Translations under genes and position numbers: made by a program
In this document: one piece after another, positions 6,928-16,574 of the stretch
How positions within the stretch are numbered: position 1 is the stretch's first letter
How the letters are laid out: every line of letters starts with the position of its first letter
Notes under the pieces: generated by a model
Database searches by the model: none
Seen by the model: only the letters and a program-made list of their open reading frames with translations
Told to the model about the DNA's origin: nothing
Source: an uncultured Gammaproteobacteria bacterium
Lineage (GTDB): Bacteria > Patescibacteriota > Patescibacteriia > Magasanikbacterales > UBA922
Length of the DNA stretch: 64,000 nucleotides
Direction: 5' to 3'
Assembly (NCBI GenBank): GCA_964550845.1
Contig: CAZKAD010000003.1
Coordinates: forward strand, 447 to 64,446

Positions 6928-9900
6928 ATGGCTGTCTTCTTCGCAAAAAGTCGGGACCCATTTTCAAACTTTTATCCGGTCTCATTTACTGTCGATGATT
7001 TGAAATACTCGAGTTCGGAACAGTATTTTATGGCCTCGAAAGCGAGATTCTTTAAAGATGTTGAAGCGGAGGACCAGATTATGGAAGCGGAATCTCCGAA
7101 AGAACAAAGAGAACTTGGACGTTCAGTCAAAAAGTTTGATCCAAGAGAATGGGATCGAGTTAAATTTAAAATCATGAAACAAGCCCTGTTGATTAAATTT
7201 CAACTTCCAAAGATGAAAAAGTTCCTTGTTGAGAGTCAACGAAAAGTTTTAATTGAAGCTGCACCTTGGGACGCGATTTGGGGAATTGGAATGGATGCTG
7301 ATAAAGCTGTGAATACACCCTTTCGTGAATGGGGAAAGAATGGACTTGGATTCTTATTGATGGAAGTTCGAGATTTTCTCCAAGGTAATTGGATTCAAGA
7401 AGACTTTGGTGTCTCAATGATTGGAAATTTCTATATCGGTGCACATCCAACTGAAGACCAAGCAAAGTTTCTTTTGGGAAAAGGAGTGAATCTATTTGTC
7501 TCCCTTGAGGAAAATCCAAGATATTTATCAGTTGTTGGTCAAGCATCGTCAAAAGTTTTTGCTCTTCCTACAGGAGGTATTCGAAATGATCAAGAGACAC
7601 TTGAATTTCTCGGTTGGTTACGAGATCAATATTTTCTCGGAAAAATCATTTATCTCCATAGTCGAAGAGGAATTGGAAGAACCGGATTGATTGCCAGTTT
7701 ATTTCTGAACTTGTTTCTCGGATATCAACCAAGTGATGCGTTGGATAAAGTTCGAAAATCTATTCATAGTCGAACTAATTTTAACCAGTCCTTCGGGACG
7801 TTTAAGCTTAAATTTATGCCTATTCCAGAAACTGCTTCACAAATAACTCAATTCACTCGTCTTGCCGACGGTGATAAAACCGATATTGATATGTCTGCTT
7901 ATACTCTTGAAGCAGAGAAAGCATGGATGACAAAACTTTCTGAAATTGAGCAAGACGACTTGATGACACGGGAAGATGTCGAATTGTATCAACAAATTGT
8001 ATCTCCTTCCTCTTCTTCAAAGGAAGTGAAAAAGGAAGATGAAATTAAACGTCTTGAAAAGTCTCTTAATCTTCCTGTTGGTGCAATTGAAGATGAGCAA
8101 GAAAATGACCCTCTTGCGGGTGCACTCGCAGAACTTGAACTTCGAAAGAGTGAAGAGAAGGAAGAACTTCGAAAGAGTGAAGAGAAGGAAGAACTTCGAA
8201 AGAGTGAAGAGAAGGACCCATTTGAAGCTGAACTTGAAGCGTTTGAAAATGAGGGTAAAAAAGATCCGCTCGAAGCTGAACTCGAGGCATTTGAGAATGA
8301 AGTAATCGAGCCTGACATCAAAACTTTCCTTGAAGAAGAGGCTAAAGTTGAAGTTAAACAACGAACTTCATTGACCGATCGAGATCTCGAAGAACAATTT
8401 CGACGTTTCGCTAATCAAGAACTTCATCTTCAAGCCGAGGAAGGTACATTTGTTCTTCAATCTGTCTTGAATGATATTTTCAATCGTTTTCTCGAACAAC
8501 AAAATATTCAAATTATCGATGTCGATAAGTTTGAACAAATCGCAATTCCCCTAATTGGAGAACCAGAGAAAATCGAATCAAAAATTCCCGAGTATGATGG
8601 AGATAAATATATTGAATCAAAAGTGTCAAAGTTGAATACTGGTTATCGAGTCAACTTTCGACTTCTTCCCGATGCAAATATTCGAATTACAAAAGTAAAA
8701 TCGCCAAAGCGATCACAAAAGAAGAAATCGAAAAGTGAAACTTTGTCTGAGAAAAAAGATGTTTCTCAATTGAGTCAAATTGAACCACCGAAAGAAGAGG
8801 TGAAAGAAGTGAAGATCGAGAAAAAACTTTCGTCATTTTTGTCCCATTTCTTCCCTGGCGATATTACCTTCATTCAACCGAATATCAATTTCACCGAAGA
8901 AACTTTGCATTATATGTCTCCAATGAGTAAAGCCGACAAACTCGCCGCATTACTTAAGACATATCCTCGTGCACAATTAGTTGTCGATGTTTTTGCTGGT
9001 ATTGGAGGCAATACACTTGGATTTGCTCGTGCAGGATTGCGTGTAGTCGCATATGAACGAGATCCGGAACGATTTAAAATGTTGAGAAATAACGTCCTTC
9101 ATTATCGGTTTGAGAAACAAGTGACGACGATTCGAGGAGAATTTAACCCCGGAAAAGATCTCGATATTATTCGAACTATTCAAAAGATTGAAGCAGACAA
9201 AGTAGTCTTCTTCTTTGATCCTCCATGGCTTCCATCTTTTGTCCAAAACTTTGACAAGTCACAATACATCTTAACTGGAATTACTCTTGCCGGTCAACTA
9301 CTTGAAGACATTGCTAAGAAAACTTTGCAGGAATATGGAGGATCGATATTTCATTTGCCTCCCGGTTACTCACTCAATTTGGCTGGAAGAATTGTTGATG
9401 ATAAATCTGATAACAAAGCGAGATTGATTTACTTTTTTGGCGATCAAATTCAAGCCAATATTGCCAAAGATTACAAACTGCAGATCAATTATGCAACTGA
9501 ATTTCCACGTGAACAATCCGAGGTCAAATATTCTCAAAATGAGTTAGTTGAACAACTGAAAGAAGTTGAACAACAAAAAGTGGAAGCTAAATTGTATCAA
9601 CCTCCGGTCAAAACAGTCTCGGTGGTCTTTCAAACTTTTCTGAATAAAAGCTTTCCTCGACGATCATATCAACATGAACCTTTCCATCCGAAAGCGGTTC
9701 ATAGTGGACAGCGAAAATTACTCTTGTCCGAGATTGAATTCTTGACTCGAGTTCTCTCAAAGGAAAAAACACTCGGTAAAGGCGGATCTTATACTATGCT
9801 TTACGTTGGAGCCGCGCCAGGAATTCATATTCCTTTGCTTGCAAATAAGTTTCCTGAAGTCAAGTTTATTTTGTATGATCCGGCCAAATTTGATATTGCT

Positions 9901-10542
9901 CCATCATCTCAGATCGAAATTCATCGAGAACTTTTCACTGATGAAAAAGTCGAAATGTACAAGAAGACTGAAAATTTATTGTTTGTGAGTGATATTCGAT
10001 CGACGCCGAAACAATTCGATCCAAATCAATCCGGCTTTGATTCGAGTTTTGAACAAGAGGTGATTTTTAACATGGAGCAACAAAAGAAATGGGTGACGGA
10101 ACTTCAACCACTCAGAAGTCTACTTAAATTTCGTCTTCCTTACAATGATCCTGAAAACCCTCGAGATGAACAGGAAACATTTAAATATCTTGATGGTATT
10201 CTTTTTTTCCAAGCTTATCCTCCAGAGCAATCAGGAGAAACTCGGCTTGAAGTTGGACTTCCGTTGAAAGAGACTGGTTATTTTCTTGCCCAGTATGAAC
10301 AGCAAATGTTTTATTTTAATACTCGATATCGGATTCAATCCTTCTCTCATTATTCACAATTTTACGGATGGTCTTATGATACTCTGAGAGAATACTTTAT
10401 TCTTCAAAACTATTACAAATTTCGTGGGATTATCGACAGTGATAAGAAGATCGAATATGATTTTCAAGATCACGACCGGATGGCTCACGGCCCGGAAAAG
10501 AAGATTTTTAACATTCTTCGTAACGCGGCAAAATACGGATAA
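6928..10542 (+). CDS. Multidomain RNA cap-modifying protein: NADAR (YbiA-like) domain, dual-specificity phosphatase / Mce1-like RNA triphosphatase-like domain with the catalytic Cys replaced by Ser, an acidic coiled-coil linker, a Tgs1-like cap guanine-N2 methyltransferase and a poxvirus VP39-like cap 2'-O-methyltransferase
   Basis: NADAR: FSNFYP...SSEQYFMASKARFF...LGR...W....IMKQALLIKFQ...LIEAAPWDAIWGIGMD...LGFLLMEVRDFL, which follows the YbiA consensus. PTP-like: IYLHSRRGIGRTGL, a Cx5R P-loop in which the Cys is Ser (agt at the catalytic position). Tgs1-like: VVDVFAGIGGNTLGFARAGLRVVAYERDP...FFFDPPW. VP39-like: HSGQRKLLLSEIEFLT...GGSYTMLYVGAAPGIHI...KFILYDP, compared with vaccinia VP39 FEGQKKLL..EF / VVYIGSAPGTHI. 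No guanylyltransferase KxDG motif was seen. Confidence 0.85.
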   Translation: MAVFFAKSRDPFSNFYPVSFTVDDLKYSSSEQYFMASKARFFKDVEAEDQIMEAESPKEQRELGRSVKKFDPREWDRVKFKIMKQALLIKFQLPKMKKFLVESQRKVLIEAAPWDAIWGIGMDADKAVNTPFREWGKNGLGFLLMEVRDFLQGNWIQEDFGVSMIGNFYIGAHPTEDQAKFLLGKGVNLFVSLEENPRYLSVVGQASSKVFALPTGGIRNDQETLEFLGWLRDQYFLGKIIYLHSRRGIGRTGLIASLFLNLFLGYQPSDALDKVRKSIHSRTNFNQSFGTFKLKFMPIPETASQITQFTRLADGDKTDIDMSAYTLEAEKAWMTKLSEIEQDDLMTREDVELYQQIVSPSSSSKEVKKEDEIKRLEKSLNLPVGAIEDEQENDPLAGALAELELRKSEEKEELRKSEEKEELRKSEEKDPFEAELEAFENEGKKDPLEAELEAFENEVIEPDIKTFLEEEAKVEVKQRTSLTDRDLEEQFRRFANQELHLQAEEGTFVLQSVLNDIFNRFLEQQNIQIIDVDKFEQIAIPLIGEPEKIESKIPEYDGDKYIESKVSKLNTGYRVNFRLLPDANIRITKVKSPKRSQKKKSKSETLSEKKDVSQLSQIEPPKEEVKEVKIEKKLSSFLSHFFPGDITFIQPNINFTEETLHYMSPMSKADKLAALLKTYPRAQLVVDVFAGIGGNTLGFARAGLRVVAYERDPERFKMLRNNVLHYRFEKQVTTIRGEFNPGKDLDIIRTIQKIEADKVVFFFDPPWLPSFVQNFDKSQYILTGITLAGQLLEDIAKKTLQEYGGSIFHLPPGYSLNLAGRIVDDKSDNKARLIYFFGDQIQANIAKDYKLQINYATEFPREQSEVKYSQNELVEQLKEVEQQKVEAKLYQPPVKTVSVVFQTFLNKSFPRRSYQHEPFHPKAVHSGQRKLLLSEIEFLTRVLSKEKTLGKGGSYTMLYVGAAPGIHIPLLANKFPEVKFILYDPAKFDIAPSSQIEIHRELFTDEKVEMYKKTENLLFVSDIRSTPKQFDPNQSGFDSSFEQEVIFNMEQQKKWVTELQPLRSLLKFRLPYNDPENPRDEQETFKYLDGILFFQAYPPEQSGETRLEVGLPLKETGYFLAQYEQQMFYFNTRYRIQSFSHYSQFYGWSYDTLREYFILQNYYKFRGIIDSDKKIEYDFQDHDRMAHGPEKKIFNILRNAAKYG

Positions 10543-10547
10543 CTTTC

Positions 10548-10566
10548 TGTTCCCCTCGGGGAAAAG
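10548..10566. terminator. 3'-end hairpin GTTCCCCtcGGGGAAAAG directly after the stop of 6928..10542
   Basis: Perfect inverted repeat starting 6 nt after the TAA. The same TTCCC(C)..GGGGAAAAG design recurs at 40875..40894 and 12977..13003. Confidence 0.55.
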
Positions 10567-10572
10567 AAAAGA

Positions 10573-11247
10573 TTAATATTCTGTTTTCATCCACTTAAAA
10601 TTTTGAATCAACAAAAGCAAACGTGGGTCATACAATTCTTGTGTCAAGAAAAAAGACCAAGGATTTTTGTGAATAACATCTTTTGGAACACATTCAACGT
10701 CAGATAATCCCGCTGCAACAATCTCACATAGAGGATCATAACCACAATCAACTTTCTCTCCAATTATCCTCACAATTAATTCAAGGAGATAGTTATGATC
10801 ACAGACGATATCATCTTCTAGGCCATAGTCATGAGAACAGACACTAATTAATCCTTGAGAGTTAACTATTGCAATTTTAGCACAACGTTTTGAATCCTTT
10901 TCGATACCTGTTATACCAGAAAAAGGAAAATTTTTTGGTTCGAAATAAGACTTCTTTAACGTGTCAAAAATCCGATCATTTGGATAATTTTGTTCAATAA
11001 ACTGTTCGAACAATGGTAATTGCTCTAAAGTAAAAACTTTTTGTTCAATTCCATTCCAGATCCAATCTTCCTTCCAAAATATGTTATGGGAGAAGTAAAA
11101 GTAAAGCATTCCTTTTTCGAAAAATTTCTTATCAGTACCGAGATGAAAGAATAAATCCGGGCTATCTTTACAAGGTTGACATTTTTGTACAAATATATTT
11201 GCCGGGACTCGAAAGATTTCAATTGGGTGGAATTGAGGAATTATCAA
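10573..11247 (-). CDS. Member of the 'FLTxDLYDPRLL' family (F-box-like motif at the C-terminus)
   Basis: C-terminus ...NPWSFFLTQELYDPRLLLLIQNFKWMKTEY carries the family motif that is shared with five other ORFs in the window. Confidence 0.7.
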   Translation of the reverse strand: MIIPQFHPIEIFRVPANIFVQKCQPCKDSPDLFFHLGTDKKFFEKGMLYFYFSHNIFWKEDWIWNGIEQKVFTLEQLPLFEQFIEQNYPNDRIFDTLKKSYFEPKNFPFSGITGIEKDSKRCAKIAIVNSQGLISVCSHDYGLEDDIVCDHNYLLELIVRIIGEKVDCGYDPLCEIVAAGLSDVECVPKDVIHKNPWSFFLTQELYDPRLLLLIQNFKWMKTEY

Positions 11248-11256
11248 TGAAGGTTT

Positions 11257-11264
11257 AAAAATTG
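11257..11264 (+). promoter_or_regulatory. AAAATTGA octamer upstream of 11314..11865
   Basis: Exact octamer 50 nt upstream of the ATG. Confidence 0.45.
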
Positions 11265-11313
11265 ACTGTTCAACAAATTTTATTTGATTTAATCAATTTT
11301 AGTATTGTAATAA

Positions 11314-11865
11314 ATGCCCGTCGATAATTACCACTGTATCTACGGCTTCGTGTTCACTTTTGAACAAATTTGGCGGTGGTTTTACCCGAATGTTAAATAC
11401 AACGATGAAGAAAATAGTGGTTGGATGATCGACTTTATTGAGTTGTTTGACAATTCATTTGTACCTCATCGACTAGAAAAGTTTTATTCATTGTTGATGA
11501 AACAATTTCCAAATCAAATGAAAAAATTGTCCCGATTGACGATGAGACGATTACCTCATAATCATTCCTTTCTTCTTCCAAATAAAAATAAATATTCACA
11601 AGTTGCGGTTGGTATCTTTGCCAATATCGAAATGGAAGGAAAGGATGTCTTCTTCGAAATCTTTTATGACAAATATTTTGACCGAATCGAAAAGATCGGT
11701 CAAATTTGCCCGGCTTTGTGCCAAACTGAATGGTTTGATCTAGTAAAACCATTCCTTGTCTCTCCTGACGAGAGAACCGATCTTTTGAATGTGCTTGATT
11801 TCTTCTCTCGAAATGACGATCCGAAATTTTTACTTGTAGGAGACGATTGTGGATGCTGTAATTAA
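11314..11865 (+). CDS. Hypothetical protein ending in GDDCGCCN
   Basis: 183-aa ORF with an octamer promoter and a convergent terminator hairpin downstream. Confidence 0.6.
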   Translation: MPVDNYHCIYGFVFTFEQIWRWFYPNVKYNDEENSGWMIDFIELFDNSFVPHRLEKFYSLLMKQFPNQMKKLSRLTMRRLPHNHSFLLPNKNKYSQVAVGIFANIEMEGKDVFFEIFYDKYFDRIEKIGQICPALCQTEWFDLVKPFLVSPDERTDLLNVLDFFSRNDDPKFLLVGDDCGCCN

Positions 11866-11897
11866 CATCTTTGAATTCATCTCTTGAAAAGGTGGGT

Positions 11898-11922
11898 CTT
11901 TTCATTCCTCGAAAGGAATGAA
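11898..11922. terminator. Perfect 9-bp hairpin TTTCATTCCtcgaaaGGAATGAAA between convergent genes
   Basis: Inverted repeat read directly. It lies between the stops of 11314..11865 (+) and 11942..12952 (-). Confidence 0.6.
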
Positions 11923-11941
11923 ATTTTTAGGATGTTGGTTT

Positions 11942-12952
11942 TTAATCGCTTGGAAGGAACTTTTTGACTCTTTCAAGAGATTTCTTCATTGCGACGAGTT
12001 GATCTACTTCGGGTTTCACAGTCTTATAAGCTTCATCAAACAGCTGAGATAAATCCCAACACCATCCGTAATCTTTTTGTTTCTTAATGAATGCAGCTTT
12101 CATCCAATCGAAAACAATTTCTTCTTCGTTTTCGATTACGATCTTTCTTTTTCGAGGATTTTCAGGCTCATATGGAGGAGAAGGCTCGTTGATTGGTTTT
12201 TCAGCCGTCTTAGCATCTTGAGAAGGCACAACTACTTGTTGAGCAGGCTTGACATCTTGAGCAGGCTCAATTGCAGATTGAGGAGGAGCAGCCATCTTGA
12301 CTTCTTGACGAGACAAATATTGTCGATTATTTCCAATAAAATAATCAGTTTTGCGTCTAAAAGGCATCATGCAGTCAAGGTGATCGATTGACATTCCGTG
12401 TTTATCTTTGAAAACTTGAATAGTTTCAAAGTTATCTTCTTTTGACGCAAACTTTGGATGAACAAATACTCTTTCAAGTACCCATTCATTAAAACTTATG
12501 GGACGATTAGGTCGACAAAAATTGAGATGAGCAACTTGGTCAAAATGATGACCAAATTTTTCATTCAACTTTTCTAGAGAATTGGCTGTAACAACACAAA
12601 ATTCACTTTTGTCTCCTCTACCATTTTCAAAGAAATGACTCAGGATACAAATATATTTTCGAGTTTTTTGGAATTTAATTTTCTTTTGCCCTCCGTTCAA
12701 AATCTTCTTCAAATTATAAACTGCACGGCCATTAGTTACACAAGAAGATTTCAGTTCAAAGACGTCGTTTCCTTGTTTGATCTTTTTTTCTTCTTTGTTG
12801 ATGGCTTTGCTGTAGCTTTTAGCTTCAGCATAAGTAAAGTTATTCTTATTATAAAGAATACAATTGGACAAGATCAATTCGGCACCTTCACGGCCGCGTA
12901 ATTGATCTTTGTAGGCGCGTCGATATGTTACCACAACATGATATTGCTCCAT
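11942..12952 (-). CDS. Hypothetical protein; paralog of 13120..14076
   Basis: Blocks shared with the neighbouring gene: KYICILSHFF/QYICVFSQL, CVVTANSLEKL/AAVMVHSLDRKSIEKI and W.LE.VFVHPKF/WEFEGVFLHPDF, followed by a charged low-complexity tail. Confidence 0.65.
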   Translation of the reverse strand: MEQYHVVVTYRRAYKDQLRGREGAELILSNCILYNKNNFTYAEAKSYSKAINKEEKKIKQGNDVFELKSSCVTNGRAVYNLKKILNGGQKKIKFQKTRKYICILSHFFENGRGDKSEFCVVTANSLEKLNEKFGHHFDQVAHLNFCRPNRPISFNEWVLERVFVHPKFASKEDNFETIQVFKDKHGMSIDHLDCMMPFRRKTDYFIGNNRQYLSRQEVKMAAPPQSAIEPAQDVKPAQQVVVPSQDAKTAEKPINEPSPPYEPENPRKRKIVIENEEEIVFDWMKAAFIKKQKDYGWCWDLSQLFDEAYKTVKPEVDQLVAMKKSLERVKKFLPSD

Positions 12953-13071
12953 TCCGACGTTCTTACTAATTCAAAATTCCCCATTTCTTTTCGATGGGAA
13001 AATCAGTTTTCTCCGAAGAGATCACCGAAGATAAAAATTTTTATTCTTTTTTTCGTTTTCTATAATAGAGG

Positions 13072-13118
13072 GTAAACGTCCTTGGGACTGGTTAAACGTC
13101 TTGAAAGACTGGTTAAAA
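13072..13118. promoter_or_regulatory. Two tandem copies of the conserved intergenic palindromic element (TAAACGTCCttGGGACTGGTTAAA; CGTCTtgaaAGACTGGTTAAAA)
   Basis: Direct reading. Located immediately 3' of the stop of 13120..14076 (-). Confidence 0.6.
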
Positions 13119-13119
13119 T

Positions 13120-14076
13120 TTAGTCAGCGTAATAAGAGTCACCATGACTCTCGACAGTCAAATCAATTGACTCAATCTCTTCTCGGAAAACTTTTCTTGC
13201 CGAAGATGAATCTTCGTCATGTTCCTTTCTCTTTCGAGGAAGTTCTTCCTTGAGATGCATTTTACTCAAGCGAGGTTCATCTTGAGATGAGGAAACCTTT
13301 CGCTTTCTCATCTCCTTGTGTTCGGAGTCAGAATCGGACACGTGATCTTCTTCGTGGAGATGTTTGTTCTCAATTGGGAAATCAACTTCGGTCAAAACTT
13401 CGTCTTCTTCGAGTTTTCGCTTCCCCTTTTTCTCAGGTTTTCTCTGATGGTCAGACCATTCTTCATCGTCACTTGCATCTTCGCCCTTTTCGGCTCTCTT
13501 TTTGTCTCGATTGAATTCACGTTGAAAGTGTGTCGGGACTTTAGTACAAAGATTTGGTGCATCAGGAATAGGGAAGTCCGGATGTAAGAAAACTCCTTCA
13601 AATTCCCAATCACTGAGCTGTTGTCCTTCTGGAATCGAACGAATTTCATCTTTCTCAACAGGGAGTTTTTCCCAGTTTTGACTGATTACTACCCCGACAT
13701 TTTGTCTGGCGTCCTTGAGGACTGATTCAATCTTTTCAATTGACTTTCGGTCAAGTGAATGAACCATCACAGCTGCGAAATTAGATTCTTGATTGGCTCT
13801 TATTTCGACATTCTTTTTGGCCTTTGACAATTGGGAGAACACACAAATGTATTGCCAGTCATCTTCTTGATATTCAGGAGAAATATGCTTAAATTGGACT
13901 CCTTCCGGTCGAGCCTCAATTGTGAAGCCCTTCTTAGCAATCCTCTTTCTAGCGCTCTCAGTTGCTAAATACTTTTCCGCCTGCTGTGCATGATCAGCTA
14001 AACTAACTTGCTTGACAGTGAAAATCCTTTTGGTTGATCGTTCGAAGAAGACGACGAGACTCATTAGCGAAATCAA
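13120..14076 (-). CDS. Hypothetical protein; paralog of 11942..12952, with an acidic/basic C-terminal tail
   Basis: See the paralog blocks above. 318-aa ORF. Confidence 0.65.
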   Translation of the reverse strand: MISLMSLVVFFERSTKRIFTVKQVSLADHAQQAEKYLATESARKRIAKKGFTIEARPEGVQFKHISPEYQEDDWQYICVFSQLSKAKKNVEIRANQESNFAAVMVHSLDRKSIEKIESVLKDARQNVGVVISQNWEKLPVEKDEIRSIPEGQQLSDWEFEGVFLHPDFPIPDAPNLCTKVPTHFQREFNRDKKRAEKGEDASDDEEWSDHQRKPEKKGKRKLEEDEVLTEVDFPIENKHLHEEDHVSDSDSEHKEMRKRKVSSSQDEPRLSKMHLKEELPRKRKEHDEDSSSARKVFREEIESIDLTVESHGDSYYAD

Positions 14077-14138
14077 TTCACTCTACAGATTCAAAATTTA
14101 CTTTATTTCCAATAAAATTATCATTTTTAATAAAAGTA

Positions 14139-14166
14139 ATTAAACGTCCTTTTAGGACTGGTTAAA
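14139..14166. promoter_or_regulatory. Conserved intergenic palindromic element TTAAACGTCCttttaGGACTGGTTAAA; its TTA supplies the stop codon of 14162..14899
   Basis: Direct reading. The stop TAA (minus strand) lies inside the GGTTAAA flank. Confidence 0.6.
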
Positions 14167-14899
14167 TTATTCCGTAGACATACACACTACTTCCAGTTGC
14201 AAATAGTCTTCCAGAAGACTTTGACGTTACTCCCAAACTGCGAATAGGAGCTTGTGTTATTTTTAATGCCATTGGATATGTCATTACCCCGTATGCATTG
14301 GTTTCAAGTGAAGCCCATCCAACACAATCTGGAATAAATATCATTTTTGTTGTTCCAGTTGTAGCTGGATCTGAAATATATAAATTAACGGTTGCAAATC
14401 CATCATTCGGACCCGAAGGCCCTTGTGCAGAAATATCAAATTCTACGTTAGCAGTTGTATTAATTGTCGGGCCAGATCCTTGAAGCGAATATTTATTCAT
14501 AACCGTCGTAATCCCAGGTTCGTCGGGAAAAAATACTCCATATCTAAATGTGCCAGTCGTCGATAATTTCAAGTTAAATAGCACACGAAGAAAGTTATAA
14601 CCAGTCGCGTTAAATGAAAATGTTCCACTCGATACAGTTCCATTATTAAACACAAAACTGGTCAACAAATATTCACCATTGGTTCCATTTGGAGGGCCAA
14701 CCGGCCCAGTCGGTCCTGTTATTCCATTTCCAGAAGGGCCAGTTGGTCCGATCAATCCGGTTGTGCCAACTGGTCCAGGAGATCCCGAAGGACCAGTTAC
14801 TCCAGTCGCACCTCTGATAACCGGAATTAGATTTGTGAACAACGGAGACGTATTATTGCCGAGCCCGGATGTAAATTGAGAAACACGGAAAGAAGACAT
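14162..14899 (-). CDS. Collagen-like protein with GxT/GPT triplet repeats and a C-terminal globular domain shared by a fibre-like family
   Basis: MSSFRVS... N-terminus. Approx. 50 aa of [41 protein letters not shown]. The C-terminal domain ends ...[18 protein letters not shown]. Confidence 0.8.
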   Translation of the reverse strand: MSSFRVSQFTSGLGNNTSPLFTNLIPVIRGATGVTGPSGSPGPVGTTGLIGPTGPSGNGITGPTGPVGPPNGTNGEYLLTSFVFNNGTVSSGTFSFNATGYNFLRVLFNLKLSTTGTFRYGVFFPDEPGITTVMNKYSLQGSGPTINTTANVEFDISAQGPSGPNDGFATVNLYISDPATTGTTKMIFIPDCVGWASLETNAYGVMTYPMALKITQAPIRSLGVTSKSSGRLFATGSSVYVYGII

Positions 14900-14957
14900 T
14901 TAATTGGCAAATTAATTTTTATTATTTTCTCAATTCTCCTTTATTCCAAATGAGAAA

Positions 14958-15755
14958 TTAAATTTCCGCGTGAAACGAAATTCGAGATCCAGGTGCAATT
15001 AATCCTCCACTCGAAGGTAACAAAGTAATTTTTGTAATTGCTCCAGTACTATTCCAGAAATGAACACCAGAATATTTTTGCCAATAGAAATACAAAGAAT
15101 CAGCTGGAAACTTTGACGACATTAGTACATCTTCAGAAGAAAATGTTTTTGGTATTCCTGTCACTCCATAAAGAGGAAAATCTATTTTTGCAAAACTATA
15201 GGTTCCAGTTGGGAGTGAGTTCGAAGCCATATTACCAATAAAAGCTCCAGTTAAATTTGATATGTGTAAGGTTCTTGAAATAGTATTGGAATCGTCTGGT
15301 CCGGTTGAAACTAAATAACGACATGCTGTTATATATGGGCCAGTGAGATCATTGATTCGAACCGCTAACCCTGTTCCTGTTCCAACATCAGTCGATCGAA
15401 ATGAACACAAACAAAAGATTTTTGAATATGATAGAGGGAAAGATTGAATTGATATCGAAGCTGTTGCAGAGGTAACAACTGTGGAATAAATTTGAACCAA
15501 TGCTGATCCAGAACCACTTGTGAGTGGACCGGTTGGACCGGTTACCCCAGTGGATCCAGTAGCTCCCGCTGGGCCCGCAACTCCATTGGGTCCAGTTGGC
15601 CCCGTTATTCCTGGAGCTCCAATTGATCCGACAGGCCCGGTTGGCCCGGTTGTTTCGGCATAAATTACTTCGGCTGAAATGGAATATACGGTTGGAACGT
15701 ACGGTTCAAGCAAAGAAACAGTTTTTGCAGCTACTCGAAACGAAGGACGATCCAT
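14958..15755 (-). CDS. Collagen-like protein (GPTGP repeats) with the family C-terminal domain
   Basis: Start set at the internal Met ([11 protein letters not shown]...) to match the paralog N-termini (MSFRVS) and to avoid overlap with 15782..16471. Repeats are [43 protein letters not shown]. Confidence 0.75.
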   Translation of the reverse strand: MDRPSFRVAAKTVSLLEPYVPTVYSISAEVIYAETTGPTGPVGSIGAPGITGPTGPNGVAGPAGATGSTGVTGPTGPLTSGSGSALVQIYSTVVTSATASISIQSFPLSYSKIFCLCSFRSTDVGTGTGLAVRINDLTGPYITACRYLVSTGPDDSNTISRTLHISNLTGAFIGNMASNSLPTGTYSFAKIDFPLYGVTGIPKTFSSEDVLMSSKFPADSLYFYWQKYSGVHFWNSTGAITKITLLPSSGGLIAPGSRISFHAEI

Positions 15756-15781
15756 TGATATTTTGCTTCCGAATAAAATTT

Positions 15782-16471
15782 TTAATCGAGAAAATATAGC
15801 GATATTTTTGAGCCTGTCGCAAAATTTCCTCCGCTCACACTGAAAAAGGTAATATTTGACACGCCTGTAGACAATGCAGTTGTAATTAGAACATTTTCGA
15901 TGGAACCTGTATTTGAATCGACCCAACTGCCATGTTCACCAAACATCGTTAATGCATTCGACACATTCCGAGAAAGATTTGAAATGGTCAAGGTTTGAAC
16001 ACCAAAAGCTGTGGTACCAAGACCAGGGGTTTTATACGCATATCCGTATGTTGACGCAAATGCAAATCGAGTTGCATATGTAGATCCAGACAAGGAATAA
16101 TGTACCACATTGACATAAGGTCCAGAACTATTGTTGACTGTAACCCCAACTGGAGAACTGATCACATCCGAGAAACGAGTACACAACAAGGCTCGAATCG
16201 ATTTTATCGGCGAAGGAAATGATGTAAACGAAATCGAACTTGTCGCTCCCGTTAGCGTAACAGAACCAATCACCGACGAAACGATTGCAGCCACCGGGCC
16301 GGTTGGACCAGTTATAGCCGAACCAACTGATCCGGTTGGGCCTGTAGCTCCGGTTGGACCTGTCGCAACTTCTACAAAAGCCGGTCCTGTAGGTCCGGTT
16401 GGGCCGGTTGGGCCTGTAATTGGTAAAACAAGTCCAGGAGGACTGATTGAACTTGACACACGGAATGACAT
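15782..16471 (-). CDS. Collagen-like protein ([11 protein letters not shown] repeats) with the family C-terminal domain
   Basis: [59 protein letters not shown]... The C-terminus [21 protein letters not shown] contains the GNFATGS family motif. Confidence 0.8.
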   Translation of the reverse strand: MSFRVSSSISPPGLVLPITGPTGPTGPTGPAFVEVATGPTGATGPTGSVGSAITGPTGPVAAIVSSVIGSVTLTGATSSISFTSFPSPIKSIRALLCTRFSDVISSPVGVTVNNSSGPYVNVVHYSLSGSTYATRFAFASTYGYAYKTPGLGTTAFGVQTLTISNLSRNVSNALTMFGEHGSWVDSNTGSIENVLITTALSTGVSNITFFSVSGGNFATGSKISLYFLD

Positions 16472-16574
16472 GTTAATTCGGATAATTCAAATAATTTAGA
16501 TAATGTAAAATTTATTTAATCGCAAAATTTGCACAAAGTTCAGTAATTCGATTAAACATTTTCTGCTTAACAAA

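Noticed and set aside
8017-8361. ORFs 7989..8321, 8017..8361, 8039..8305 and 8066..8290 within the cap-enzyme gene
   Set aside because: They arise from the EELRKSEEK coding repeats of the acidic linker and are not independent genes.
6928-10542. Annotation as the mRNA capping enzyme (triphosphatase-guanylyltransferase-methyltransferase)
   Set aside because: No guanylyltransferase KxDG(I/L) lysine-nucleotidyl motif or OB domain was found. The methyltransferase domains match Tgs1 and VP39 (cap modification), not the cap-0 N7-methyltransferase.
14298-16499. Antisense ORFs inside collagen-like genes (14298..14483, 14679..14879, 15038..15241, 15596..15799, 16131..16499)
   Set aside because: Collagen-triplet codon periodicity keeps the opposite strand open, and the products are Pro/Gly/Val-rich mirror images. 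The sense-strand genes have conserved N-termini and C-terminal domains.
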